64,000 nucleotides of DNA, taken from Podarcis melisellensis. Taxonomy: Eukaryota. The number at the start of each line of letters is the position of its first letter. The stretch's first letter is position 1. The stretch lies in assembly GCA_964234715.1 (NCBI GenBank), contig OZ174286.1; one strand, 5' to 3'. Both the position numbers and the translations under genes were made by a program. Shown one piece after another: positions 10,974-23,610 of this stretch. The notes beneath the pieces are model-generated. The model did no database searches. It saw only the letters and a list, made by a program, of their open reading frames with translations, and was not told the DNA's origin.

Positions 10974-12272
10974 TACTTCTTGCATGGCAAGAAGAAGCCA
11001 AAGACCTACGGCATACACTGATGTCCCTTAAAGCAGGCTGACTTTTATTGTGAGCAACAACCCACATGCTCAAAAATATCTGTCAGGTCATATCCTTAAA
11101 TACACTGAATGCATCGAAGGGCAAGTCTAAATGACTCCAACTCATATCGGTCTTTCAATAACCACAGTCCAGACATTCTTCAGCCCACAGTGGCTCCCAA
11201 TAGTCCGTACCTCTGCGGTATACCAAGTTCTCATTGTGAGAAAATGTTTTAGAGATAAGGCACCCTCATCCTCATCGTGGAATACTTCCTTAACTCCCAT
11301 GTATTTTTCTGTATGGAATCGGAAGCAAATGTTGTATGGATCTTTAATGCTGTGGAATTCCAGCTTTACTCCATTATACAAAGTCATTGGAAAATGAGTC
11401 TAGTCCTCACCAAATACATGCTAGAAATCCTTTGACCAGATTAATTTGACTTCCTGATTGGTCCTGATCCACCACTTCGAAGCACAGCTTGTATAAGTAG
11501 CCAACACAAAAGAAGGGACATTTAGTCCTGTTGGGTCTCCCATGTTTTTTGTTGTTTTTTTACTAGAACCCCAAACCTACCAGAAAGAGTCAGGTGCAGA
11601 AAACATGTAGGAAGGGTTTTTTTGAAACATGTAGTAAGAATGAAAGGGCATGGTACCTCTGAGCATATTCTGAGCCTAATAACTAGTTTTCTCTTCACAA
11701 ACACACAGCCCTTTCACACCAAAAGTCCACAAGTAGTTAGCTTTCTTCATTTCAACAGCTTCATTTAGCTGCGAAAACTTGCTTTGTTGTTAAAACTATT
11801 TAGGAGTTAGAAACCTTTGATGATCTACTGCAAATCATCCAGAAATCTACTAGATTTCAAACCTACCTTCTAGCCACTCCTGTTCTGCAGAGTACGGTTA
11901 GCCCTTGTGTAGGGCACACTTTGATGAAGCCTGTGACTTGGCTTCTTTAAGCTGGGGACATGGGTCAGCCAAACAACATGGGTACTGCGGGTCACATTCC
12001 TTTCTGCCTTGGAAGGGCAAAGCAAAAATCCCTAAGCCTAAAGCATTGGGAGGAGCTCATGCTTTGAATCTTCCCCATGCCAATACAGTTTTTAAAGTGC
12101 CATCACTGACTCAACAGCAGCATTGACTCTTCATGTTAAGCCAGTAGAATGGGAAACAATGGTACAACTGTTGCTCTCCCATTATTCCTTACCTAGCCTT
12201 AATCTTCTGCCCCAAGTGAAACCAAGCCTAAGCAAATACAGCTGGTTTTGCTAATATTTATCCACTGTAAGT

Positions 12273-12633
12273 GGGACGCGAGTGGCGCTGTGGGTAAAAC
12301 CTCAGGGCCTAGGACTTGCTGATTGCATGGTCGGTGGTTCGAATCCCCGCGGCGGGGTGAGCTCCTGTCGTTCGGTCCCAGCTTCTGCCCACCTAGCAGT
12401 TCGAAAGCACCCTTAAGTGCAAGTAGATAAATAGGTACCGCTTTATAGCGAGAAGGTAAATGGCGTTTCCGTGTGCTGCGCTGGTGCTGGCTCGCCAGCT
12501 GCAGCTTTGTCACGCTGGCCATGTGACCCGGAAGTGTCTTCGGACGGCGCCGGCTCACGGCCTCTTGAGCGAGATGAGCACGCAACCCTAGAGTCGCCCA
12601 CGACTGGCCCATACGGGCAGGGGTACCTTTACC
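12273..12633 (+). mobile_element. Sauria SINE (subtype B)
   Basis: Full length; TSD TTATCCACTGTAA; diagnostic 3' GACTGGCCC(A/G)TACGGGCAGGGGTACC. Confidence 0.9.
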
Positions 12634-14273
12634 TTATCCACTGTAAACTGTTGTTCCCCTTCCTTTGCCACAACTTTGGCAACCACTGCACAAGCAAGGA
12701 CATAATATCTGCACAGCCAGAGGCAATTTTGAAGGCCTGTATCACAGCCAGTCCTGGTGCAATGAGCAAGCGGCTTCTCATTTCTTCATGTCTATTCAGA
12801 AATAAGTCTTACTGCATTCACCCCAAGGTGAGTGGCGTAAGCAATGAGAGGCATTCCGCCTCCTCTTTTTGTGCCTTGGAAATGGGCTGCAACACGGTGT
12901 ATTGTCTTGCACAGGTGCAGCATGTATCATCTGAGCGCGAGGTATTATGATCCGCTGACATTTGCTGCCTGAGCATGTCTGTATGTGTGCACATGTGCGT
13001 AACTGATTGAATGCAACCATCAACAAGGCATGTGCCCCTAGGTGAAAATTTTTGCTGCCTGCCCAGTGAGCTTTCCAGGTATATTCCGGTGCTGGTGCTC
13101 ACTCCATCTGGAGTTCATCCAAATGGGAATCTGGAGTCAAAGAACCTCAAACAATTTGCTTACAAAGACTCATTCGCTGAACTAGAAAGTTGTTCTCTCC
13201 TTCATCCACAGACACTACTGAGAGAAAAGCTAGTTGTGAAAGTATTGGCTTTAGGGACTTGATGCTTAACATGATTATCTTACACATTTATTTTTATTGT
13301 GTATGTTTTCTTTCATAAGTATCCCTCATGGTTGAACTTCAAAAGTAAAGAGATCAGATTTTTTTTTTAAAAAAAGTTTCACCTCTAAAGCTATAGAGAA
13401 ACCAGATGTGGCACTGGAGAACTTATATAGGTGTTTTGTTTTGTTTAAATTACTGCATAAAACTCATCACTTGTGAGTTCAGGGAGAGGAGGGCAGCAGT
13501 GCAGACTTTTGCCCTATACAGAATAATTTCTACATCTGCCACTAGGTACCGGTACTCATAACTTGATAGAAGTGCCATGGGTGCCATGACTGCAGCAAAA
13601 GAAAAAGAGGTGAGATCCATTATAAAATGAGATCCATTATAAAATAAACCCTGGAAGTATATAATAACTTACTAAATCTCAGTCGAATCATTTATGTACA
13701 AATTTGTCTGACAAAACCATACATTTAAAACATAGCTCTGCTCATACTTTTTCTCTCTTTAGTCACAATCCCTGCCAGGCAACAAGACAATTGTGGTCTG
13801 AAGAACAAATCGCATATTTAAAATGTCAACGTTCTAGACAATAATATCTTACTGCATCCCTTCTGAACCCTCATTTTTAAGGTTATCTTTCTTGAATGGT
13901 AGGAAGCCACTGTTTGAAATTCTCATGTTCTTAGATTCCATATCTTTGTTTAAATTTCTTTCCTGTCCCACCCATAGGCAGGGGTATATCTTTTATTTGC
14001 TCAATTACTATAGTAACTCAGCCAGTCCTTCAACTCAAAATACATACATGAACAATAGAGGGCCTTGTGGCTGTCAAATATATTGTGGCACACAAAGTAG
14101 GTGTACACACACACACACACACACACACAAAGCAAGAGAGAACATTTTTACAAGAGGCCCAACAACGCAAGACAGAGAGGTGTGCCGCATTACTATGTAC
14201 AGCAAAAACAAAAATGAGATTCAGTCAAGAGTGTATATACATCTAATGACCAAGACAACATATTATACTGTTA

Positions 14274-14639
14274 AAGGTAAAGGTAAAGGTACCCCTGCCC
14301 GTACGGGCCAGTCGGGTCCGACTCTAGGGTTGTGCGCCCATCTCACTTAAGAGGCCGGGGGCAGCGCTGTCTGGAGACACTTCCGGGTCACGTGGCCAGC
14401 GTGACGAAGCTGCTCTGGCGAGCCAGCACCAGCGCAGCACACGGAAACGCTGTTTACCTTCCCGCTATAAAGCGGCACCTATTTATCTACTTGCACTTAG
14501 GGTGCTTTCGAACTGCTAGGTGGGCAGGAGCTGGGACCGAAAGACGGGAGCTCACCCCGCCGCGGGGATTCGAACTGCTGACCATGTGATCGGCAAGCCC
14601 TAGGCGCTGAGGTTTTACCCACAGCGCCACCTGCGTCCC
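14274..14639 (-). mobile_element. Sauria SINE (subtype B)
   Basis: Full length; TSD ATTATACTGTTA. Confidence 0.9.
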
Positions 14640-15221
14640 ATTATACTGTTACATATGGCTCAATATTTTATTGTCATTTGATTAAGAAAATAAATTTTTT
14701 AATTGGATTTAAAGGGATATAGTGCTACCCATTTCTAACTAGTTATGAGTTGGCAAGCTAAGAGGAATTCTGTACGTAAACATCTGTGGGAGGACAATTA
14801 TCTTATCCTCTGGCTCTTATTCACCAGCAACAACCCAGGACTTTGCTTCTGCCACAAATCCTGGTGTCAACTTTGTCCTCATCTCTAATCAAGGGAAACT
14901 ATCATTAAAAACGTTTGCCATGCTATCAGGAGCTCATTAACTTGTACATCTTCCAAAACAGCATATGCTGCCATATGCCAGCAGTGCCCTTCTGCCATAT
15001 ATATATAGTCCAAATCAGACAAACCCTCTTTAGATGTTTATGTTCCCCATATCCGTGCCTGCTTACTATTTTACCACCAGTTGGGAGTGGGTCACACAGT
15101 CTTGAATGAATCTTTTACTCTTTTGAGCTCTGCCCTGTAATCTTTAGTATTATTCAGCCTTAAACATCCCTACACCTCCTTCTCTCTATTTCCACATATT
15201 TTATCTCATTACCTAGCCATA

Positions 15222-15581
15222 AGGTAAAGGTAAAGGTACCCCTGCCCGTATGGGCCAGTCTTGCCAGACTCTAGGGTTGTGCGCTCATCTCACTCTATAG
15301 GCCGGGAGCCAGCGCTGTCCGCAGACACTTCCGGGTCACGTGGCCAGCGTGACAAGCTGCATCTGGCGAGCCAGCGCAGCACACGTAACGCCGTTTACCT
15401 TCCCGCTGGTAAGCGGTCCCTATTTATCTACTTGCACCCAGAGGTGCTTTCGAACTGCTAGGTTGGCAGGCGCTGGGACCGAACGATGGGAGCGCACCCC
15501 GCCGCGGGGATTCGAACCGCCGACCATACGATCGGCACGTCCTAGGCGCTGAGGTTTTACCCACAGCGCCACCCGTGTCCC
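15222..15581 (-). mobile_element. Sauria SINE (subtype B)
   Basis: Full length; TSD TACCTAGCCATA. Confidence 0.9.
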
Positions 15582-15755
15582 TACCTAGCCATATCTATCT
15601 ATAAAATAGTCTTGAGAAATACAGTTAACAGCCATAAGCTTACTGATTACTTGTTTTTAATGTCTAATGTTTATGTGCCGTAAGCCACCCAGAGTGGCTG
15701 GGGAAACCTAGCCAGTTGTTGTTGTTGTTACCTCTTAACATCACCTTTTTTCTAT

Positions 15756-16148
15756 GACCTGGTTCACATGTAATACTAAGACAAATAATGTCTGCTTAGG
15801 TGTGAACATGCAGGCATGCAGATACTCACAACAACAACAAATCATAGCAGTTTCATTCCTCCCCCTGTCTTGCTGTTGCTGTGCTATTTGGAGTTAAACT
15901 ATGGTTTAACTTAGTGTTACATCTTAGTGTTTGTCTTGCTCCGAGAAACCATGAGTTTTAGCCAAAGTTTGTTCTTAGCTTACCACCAGTCATTTTCCTG
16001 GAGCGAGACAAAGCAGAGCTCAGGTTTGGATGAAAGGCTTAGCTCTGGATAGTATAACAGCAGGAAGTGATGCAGCCACAATTTTTGTTCCAAGTACGCG
16101 TTTGTTCCATAAGCCATGGTTGGCTTAGCATTGCATGTGAACTGGGCC
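15756..16148. mobile_element. Old palindromic TIR element (Harbinger/Chompy-like)
   Basis: 25-bp imperfect inverted ends GACCTGGTTCACATGTAATACTAAG / CTTAGCATTGCATGTGAACTGGGCC; related degraded copies near 29.0 and 37.6 kb. Confidence 0.55.
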
Positions 16149-16580
16149 TCTATCTCTCATATACAACCATGTTGCAAATGCAAACCTTTTTTTAAAAAAA
16201 GAACCATCAAAGAAAGGTGTTCGTAGGATTCGTATAGATGACTATTTAACAGCCGTTCTAATATTGCTTACAAACCACAGCTGCAAGCTAAGTCTCTGGG
16301 GGCGGTTTGATATCACTCCACCAAAGCGCTCAGCAGCATTTCCATGACATGCTCAGATGGAAAAAGAACCATCACCAGAACAGTTTGCATATATTAGCAA
16401 GGTCTGTGATATTCACTCCTGTAACTCCAAGCTGTTACCATGCATAGAAGCACTAAAAGGCCGCTTAGGAAGGTTTAGGCAACTAGTCTTGCTAACCAAA
16501 ACTGCTACCTAGATTATTCCTTGACCACTAGCTGCCTGGTCATGAACATGGTCTTTCAGTAACAACTAAATATATTTGTC

Positions 16581-16624
<44 letters not shown>

Positions 16625-16779
16625 CATGCACACAAACACACAGAAAGACCCTACAAGATAAATTGTAGGGCTGAGCTAAAAAGAAAATGTTTGATTAATC
16701 CTTGCATGAAGCAGCAATTTAAGTTTAAGTGCAAATACAAATGTAGCATAGACCATTCCTTAACCATAGCAAATTTCTT

Positions 16780-16932
16780 TCCTCAAGGAGGTCAGAGATG
16801 CATACATGGTCTCTTCTGCCTACTTTAGTCTCAGAGCAACCCTTCCAAGTTTTACTAAGTTGAGAGATCATGACTGGCTCAAGACCTCTCAGCAAGTTGC
16901 ACATCCACCAGGGATTTGAACCTAGGTCTCTA
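16780..16932 (-). mobile_element. Degraded MIR/CORE-type (Squam3-like) SINE
   Basis: GACTGGCTCAAGACC...GGGATTTGAACCTAGGTCTC motif typical of MIR-family SINEs read antisense. Confidence 0.5.
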
Positions 16933-18079
16933 CATTTTAAGATGAAGGAATGGGAGTAGGTCACAGATTGCATGCTCCCAATCCATCCTCTTGTTTTTCA
17001 AGTTCAAGTAGAACTATGGTTTGGTGCTATTGTTACACCAACTTGTTTTGAAGCTATTTACAAGTCCTGATTATGCATTAACCATGGTGAACCGTGTACA
17101 GAACCATGAACCATATTTCAAAGTTGGAAGAATTCATGCTTAGGTAGGAAGGCAGAGTGTGATAACACATCATGTTCCTAAATTCTAAAAAATGCCATAA
17201 GAGGCAGCATGTTCACATCCAGCTGAAAGATCAAAGTCCAGGAAGAGCGACTAGAATTATATTCAGACCACCTCTGGATATGAAATTGGACTCAAGAGTT
17301 TCCTTTGCAAATAAAACAAGCTCAGTTTTCTGACTGGTGATGCCTCTGTCAAGGAAGTTCAGTTTAGGACACAAAGAGGGACAAGGAAAACAAATGATTA
17401 ACAAAATCTGGAAACAGCTGTACCACTGAGAGTACGGAGAAAGTTGTGTGCCTAATGGATGTGCATACACAAGTGCTCAAAACAAGCTGACTTAAAAACA
17501 AATTAAATGAACAGCACTGTGTGAGAAACAGTGGAGGTTCTTTTTTTAGCCACCTACAGAGGAACTTGAGGACCCTTCTTAACCATAGAAATGTTGTCTG
17601 AAATGTAATCATATGATCAGAGCAACTGAGTAAAGTTACACAATTTTACATAAAAGATAGCACAAGTGAAAGTGAGACCATGACACCACAAAGGTTAGTG
17701 AAATTATCTGGGTGTGATGAAATATAGGTAACAGTAAAATTAATAAAAAAATTATTGAAGGGATTACAAGAATGCTTCCTTCCTTCTTGAAACCTAGAGA
17801 TGCTATTTTGGAATCTGTTTAATTATTTCTTTCATATTTTCATAGTGACTCATGGGAAAGGATGATTGTTGGTATAATCTGCAGATGTAAGCAAATCGAC
17901 AGGGCTCATGGAGAGAATGAAAGTGGTTAAGAAGGATGACTCATGGAGTAATAAAATGGGGTGAAATTGAATGGTACAGAGTCATACATTTGATAGCTAT
18001 AAAAGTCATCTGCCGTGAAAGATGCAGAATCAAATCCAAGCAGCTTTAGTCTTTTGAGGTGCTTAAAAACAACATCACA

Positions 18080-18440
18080 ACTCAAAGTGTTGGTGCTGAC
18101 CTTTAAAGCTCTAAATGGCCTCGGCCCTGTATTCCTGATGGAGCATCTCCACCCCCATCATTCTGCCTGGACACTGAGGTCCAGCGCCGAGGGCCTTCTG
18201 GCAGTTCCCTCCCTGTGAGAAGTGAAGCTATGGGGAACCAGGCAGAGGGCCTTCTCGGTAGTGGCACCCACTCTGTGGAACACCCTCTCATCAGATATCA
18301 GTGAGATGATTAACAATGTAACCTTTAGAAGACATCTGAATGCAGCCCTGTATAGTGAAACTTTTTAATGTTTAATGTTTTATTATGTTTTTATATATGT
18401 TGGCAACCACCCAGAGTGACTGGGGCAATCCAGTCAGAGA
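18080..18440 (+). mobile_element. L2 LINE 3' fragment
   Basis: KVLVLTFKALNGLGP..L.EHL...TLRS L2 ORF2 end; 3'UTR shared with the copies at 27766 and 59277. Confidence 0.8.
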
Positions 18441-18456
18441 TGATGACGATATAGTT

Positions 18457-19585
18457 CAGTGTTTCCCAACCGGTGTTCCGCGGCACACTAGTGTGCCGCG
18501 AGACGTTGCCTGGTGTGCCGTGGGAGGGAGGCGGGCGAGGCAGGCGGCGAGAGGCCTTAGGCGCCCTGCAGAAAGGCGTCCTCTTTGTGGGTGGGTTCTC
18601 CCCCCTCCCTTAGCGCATCGTATTTAGTTGGGGATTCTGGAGAGGGGGGCGGGGGCGCGCTGGCCCCGAGCGGAACAGACGCGCCGTCGTCCCCACCTCC
18701 CTCTCCTCAGTAGCTCCGAGCCGACTGACTGAGGGTGGGACGCGGCCAGCGGCGTCCTCTCTCTCTCTCTCTCCGCCTCCCAGCACCGCTTTTCCCGAGG
18801 CGGGCGCGCGCCTAAGGCTGAATGGGAGCAGCCTGGAGGCTTGGCGGCCTCTCAGCGGCTCATGACGGGCGTCCCCGAGGCAGGAGGTGCTGAGCAGGGG
18901 CTCTGCGAGAGGGCTTGAGGGATGCGTGGTGGTGCCTGCGCGCGCGTGACTTAAGGGGGCGACCTGCTGCCTCTCCTCTCTCTCCCCTCCCTCTCCTCAT
19001 GGGCACGGAGTCCCCGGCACAGCTTGGCGTACTACAGCTACAGCTGCTGCTGCTCCTGCTTGGATGAAGGCGGCTGCTTCTTCCTAACGCCCAGCCTCTG
19101 AGGGACCGCAGTCTCCCGCCCCTTTTTTTTTTGGCGGGATGCTGAGGTAAAGGATCCCCTCGCGCGCGGGCGGGCATCTCTTTGGGCAGGGCGCGTGTGG
19201 AGGCTTAAGGTGGGGAGTGTGGAGGGGTTGCCGCTTGCGAGGGGAGGGTTCATATTGTATTGGGCTGCGGTGTGGGCGACACGGCTCTCCAATGGCCAGC
19301 CCGCAGAGGAACATTGAGTTGGAGCATTTCGAGGAGAGGGACAAAAGGCGCACTGAATAAAGTATTTTATAATTTTTCATATTTCTGTTTACTTACTATT
19401 TCATAATAAAGTAATTATAAAATACTTTCTTTGTGTTTATTTGATTCTTATTAAAGAGAGTTACTTTATATATAGTCAATATAGGCACAGAGTTAATTTT
19501 TTAAACATTTTCTAATGGTGGTGTGCCTCGAGATTTTTTTCATGAAACAAGTGTGCCTTTGCCCAAAAAAGGTTGGGAAACACTG
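18457..19585 (+). mobile_element. Second copy of the same hAT family with different CpG-island-like cargo
   Basis: Same 15-bp TIRs; perfect 8-bp TSD ATATAGTT (18449-18456, 19586-19593); AT-rich right arm 19350-19585; GC-rich interior. Confidence 0.9.
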
Positions 19586-19765
19586 ATATAGTTTTTCAAC
19601 ACTAGATCCAATCCAGCGTCAGAAATACAGTTTATGGCAATATGGTGCTCTATTGTGTGGAGACCATCTTAGAATCTGTAATATTTACTCATGAAGCATG
19701 GTGTTTGAGAGGCCTCACTGACCCCACTGGATATGGGTGCAAGGATAGAGAATGGATTTCCTTTA

Positions 19766-20008
19766 CAGTGGTACCTCGGGTTACATATGCTTCAGGTTAC
19801 ATACGCTTCAGGTTACAGACTCCACTAACCCAGAAATAGTACCTCAGGTTAAGAACTTTGCTTCAGGCTGAGAACAGAAATCATGCTCTGGGGGCGCAGC
19901 AACAGCGGGAGGCCCCATTAGCCTGAAGTGGTGCTTCAGGTTAAGAACAGTTTCGGGTTAAGAACGGACCTCCGGAACGAATTAAGTACTTAACCCAAGG
20001 TACCACTG
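19766..20008 (+). mobile_element. Tigger/pogo-like MITE family 1
   Basis: TIR CAGTGGTACCTCGGGTTA, TA TSD; 7 copies in the window. Confidence 0.9.
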
Positions 20009-20739
20009 TACTTGAAACCCGGCATTTTGAATTCAAAAAATAAACTAGGAAATTGCATTTTTAAAAAATCTATCCTAGAATGTGGGATCATCCAAGCTAT
20101 ATACAGAAGTGATTTAAGAGTAACTGGATTATATCTGGAAGATTTGGGGAGAATCTCAGCTTCAAAGAGCAATATTATTGTAATATTGCTAGCAACATTA
20201 ATTACTTTAGATGATGTACCTTCTTTTTAAAAAAAGTTAATTAAGCAGGTGACTCTCACAATGTGTGCAGAACATTGATGTAATGGACTGAAATCAATGC
20301 TGACCCTTCTTTCCTCCCAGAAGAAATCAATTACATGCTGGCAAAGTCTGCCACTGTAGTTTAAGCTTCCAATGGCTCTACCTCTAGTAAATTAATTACT
20401 CTAATTACAAGTTCATTTTGGGTACACAGGATGTGAAAGACAGTCCACAATTTTATGTTGGGATAGTTAAAGCAATAGGCAGCCTTTACTATGAAAAGTA
20501 CTTTCAGGTCAAAATTGCAATGTTCCAATATATTTTTCACAAATAGAAGCCCAGATATCCACACCACCACCTCAATTATGGAGAGGATGCAAGCGTTGAA
20601 TGCATATTAAAACAAAAGTGGCTGGCAACAAATTTTCAAATTGTTCTAACTTTCCTGCATTGCAACAATATGAAACTAAGGAAGAATTTGAATGTTTAAA
20701 TAACAAAGCCATTTGTGATGTACAAATGGTATTTAACAC

Positions 20740-21440
20740 AAACTAAATTAGCCAAAATGTATCAAATGAGAAATAAGAATTGTTGGAAATATAATGTTAA
20801 AGAAGGAGATTTTTACCATATGTGGTGGACTTGCAATAAAGTCAAAATATTCTAGGAAAATATATATAATGAGTTTTTTTAAATGTTCAGATATACTTTT
20901 GCTAAAAAACCTGAGACATTCCTGTTGGGGATGACCGGCATGGAAATATTAAAAGCTGACCAGAAAGTGTTTATGTATGCCACTACTTCAGCCAGAACCT
21001 TATTAGCCCCAAAGTGGAAACAGCAAGAATTACCGACAGTAGAGGAATGGCAGACGAAGATGATGGACTATGCAGAATTGGCAAAGCTGAGGGGGGAAAT
21101 CCGAAACCAGAGTGACCAAGTGTTCCAGGGAGAAGGGAGTAAATTTATTGACTATACAGACAATTATTGTAAACATATAAAGACACTAGCTGGACTGCGG
21201 TAAAATTCGCAACGTTTAAAAGAAGAAACTTTCTACTTATGCTTTACGTTTTTAGTAAGTTAAATGTAGAAGTTAGACGATATAAATGTGTGATTTTAAG
21301 ATGTGTTTTATAAAAACCATGTGACGGAACGGAGGGAAGTCAAAAGCTTGGTAGAGCTAAAATTTTGTAAAAGGTGATATGGTGTTACAATATTGTTAAA
21401 AATGGAAAATTAATAAAAACTATTATTAAATAAATAATAA
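20740..21440 (+). mobile_element. L1/Tx1-clade LINE 3' fragment
   Basis: Degenerate ORF2 C-terminal zinc knuckle (CWK...EGDFYHMWWTC), ORF 20883..21203, A-rich tail. Confidence 0.8.
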
Positions 21441-21458
21441 GAAAGCCATTTGCTGTAC

Positions 21459-22552
21459 CATAGAATTCTAGAGCTGGAAGGAAACTCAAGGGCCATCTAA
21501 CCCAATCCCCTGCTTTGCAAGAATCTCAACTAAAGCATCCATGGTAGATAGCCATGCAATCTCGGCTTAAAAACCTCAAGTGAATGAGAGTCCACAACCT
21601 CCTGACAGTCTGTTCTACTGTTGAACTGCTCTGTCTGTCAGAAAGGTTTTCCTGACGTTTAGTCGGAATCTCCTTCTTGTATCTTGAAGCCATTAGTTCC
21701 AGCCCTACACTCCAGAGTAGGAGAAAACAAGCTTGCTCCATCTTTCATATGACAGCCCTTCGGATATTTGAAGGTGACTATCCTAGCTCCTCTCAGTTTC
21801 ATCTTTTCCAGGGTAAACATACCCAGCTCCTTCAACCGTTCCTCATAAGGCTTGGTTTCCAGGCCCTTGATAATCTTGGTTGCCCTTCTCTGCACACATT
21901 CCAGCTTGTCAATATCCTTCTTAAACTGGGTTGCCCATAACTGGACACAGTATTCCAGGTATAGTCTGACCAAGGCAGAATAAAAAGGTAAAGGTAAAGG
22001 GACCCCTGACCATTAGGTCCAGTCGTGGCCGACTCTGGGGTTGTGGTGCTCATCTCGCTTTATTGGCCGAGGGAGCCTGCGTACAGCTTCCGGGTCATGT
22101 GGACATCATGACTAAGCCGCTTCTGGCGAACCAGAGCAGTGCATGGAAACACCGTTTACCTTCCTGCCGGAGCGGTATCTATTTATCTACTTGCACTTTG
22201 ACATGCTTTCAAACTGCTAGGTTGGCAGGAGCAGGGAATGAGCAACGGGAGCTCACCCAGTTGCAGGGATTCGAACCACCGACCTTCTGATCGGCAAGTC
22301 CTAGGCTCTGTGGTTTAACCCACAGCGCCACCCGCGTCCCTTAAGGCAGAATAGAGTGGCACTATTACTTCCCTTGGTCTGTACACTATACTTCTGTTGA
22401 TGAAGCAGCATTAACGCTTTTGCTGCTGCATCACTGTTGACTTACGTTAAGCTTGAGGTCGACTAAGACCCCTAGATCATTTTCACATGTAGTACTGGTA
22501 AGCCAGCTGTCCCCCATCTTATATTTGTGCAGCTGGCTCTTCTTGCCTAAGT
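21459..22552 (-). mobile_element. CR1 LINE 3' fragment (interrupted by a Sauria SINE)
   Basis: LEYCVQLWATQFKKDIDKLECVQRRATKIIKGLE is CR1 ORF2 C-terminus; ATTCTATG tail. Confidence 0.9.
21983..22340 (-). mobile_element. Sauria SINE (subtype A) nested in a CR1 LINE
   Basis: Full length; TSD AAGGCAGAATA interrupting CR1 ORF2 sequence. Confidence 0.9.
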
Positions 22553-23252
22553 ACACAGAAAAATCCTACTTGCACCCTAACTTCTGCAATTTATTTTCAA
22601 GTCTGATGTCTCCCACTTCCTTTTCTCCATTGCAGTTTCCTATTTGCTACAAACAGCCATACAATTGTTTCTTTCCCTGATCTGGTGCCCTTCAGGCTAC
22701 AACTACCATTAGTTGCGGCTTTCACAGTCAACGGTCATGATGGGAGCATCATCAGGACAGCACCAGACTGAAGAAGGCCGCCTAAGGGCCCTAGAACCTT
22801 CAATAATAGGGTTTGATACAGCTCAAGAAGACAAAAATCCAAAACTCCCTGTGCGTAAGCAGAGGTGCCAAGCCTTCCAAATAGTTTGGCAAGCACCTTC
22901 TATGTACAGTACTATCCAAATATATAAAGATGATAGATTCCCAAAAACAACTGGTGTGGTGCAAGCTGGTGTCACGAAGCAGCTGAGCAGAGAATCTAGA
23001 ATTGTGGAACTCAAATCTTGAGTCAGTCTTGCTGCAACATGTGCCCAACCTCAGTATTATGGGGACACCATAGGAACCAACTCCCAGCTCGAGGTCCCGT
23101 TGCCACCTCTCCTCTCCCCCAAATAAAATATTTGAGGGGGCCAAGGACCTCCAAAGGTGATGGGCAGTGCCCATCAAATGCTGTGCGTGTGCCATGTCTT
23201 GCGATTGATTACGTGGGGCTCCCAATATTTTATTCAAGTTGGCACTTCTTGG

Positions 23253-23610
23253 GTAAAGGGGGGTAAAGGGGACCCCTGACCATTAGGTCCAGTCATGACC
23301 GACTCTGGGGTTGTGGCGCTCATCTTGCTTTACTGGCCATGGGAGTCGGCATACAGCTTCCGGGCCATGTGGCCAGCATGACTAAGCTACTTCTGGCAAA
23401 CCAGAGCAGCGCATGGAAACACCGTTTACCTTCCCGCCGGAGTGGTACCTATTTATCTACTTACACTTTGACGTGCTTTCGAACTGCTAGGTTGGCAGGA
23501 GCTGGGACCAAACAACGGGAGCTCACCCCATCACGGGGATTCAAACTGCTGACCTTCTGATCGGCAAGCCCAAGGCTCTGTGACTTAACCCACAGCGCCA
23601 ACCGCGTCCC
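23253..23610 (-). mobile_element. Sauria SINE (subtype A)
   Basis: Full-length similarity to other copies; flanking ACTTCT(T/G)GGGT repeat. Confidence 0.9.

Noticed and set aside
11142-11387. 81-aa minus-strand ORF and a 98-nt exon-like segment (11211-11308) with plausible splice sites
   Set aside because: Its open frame is not phase-compatible with the flanking exons; at most a poison or cryptic exon, unsupported without RNA data
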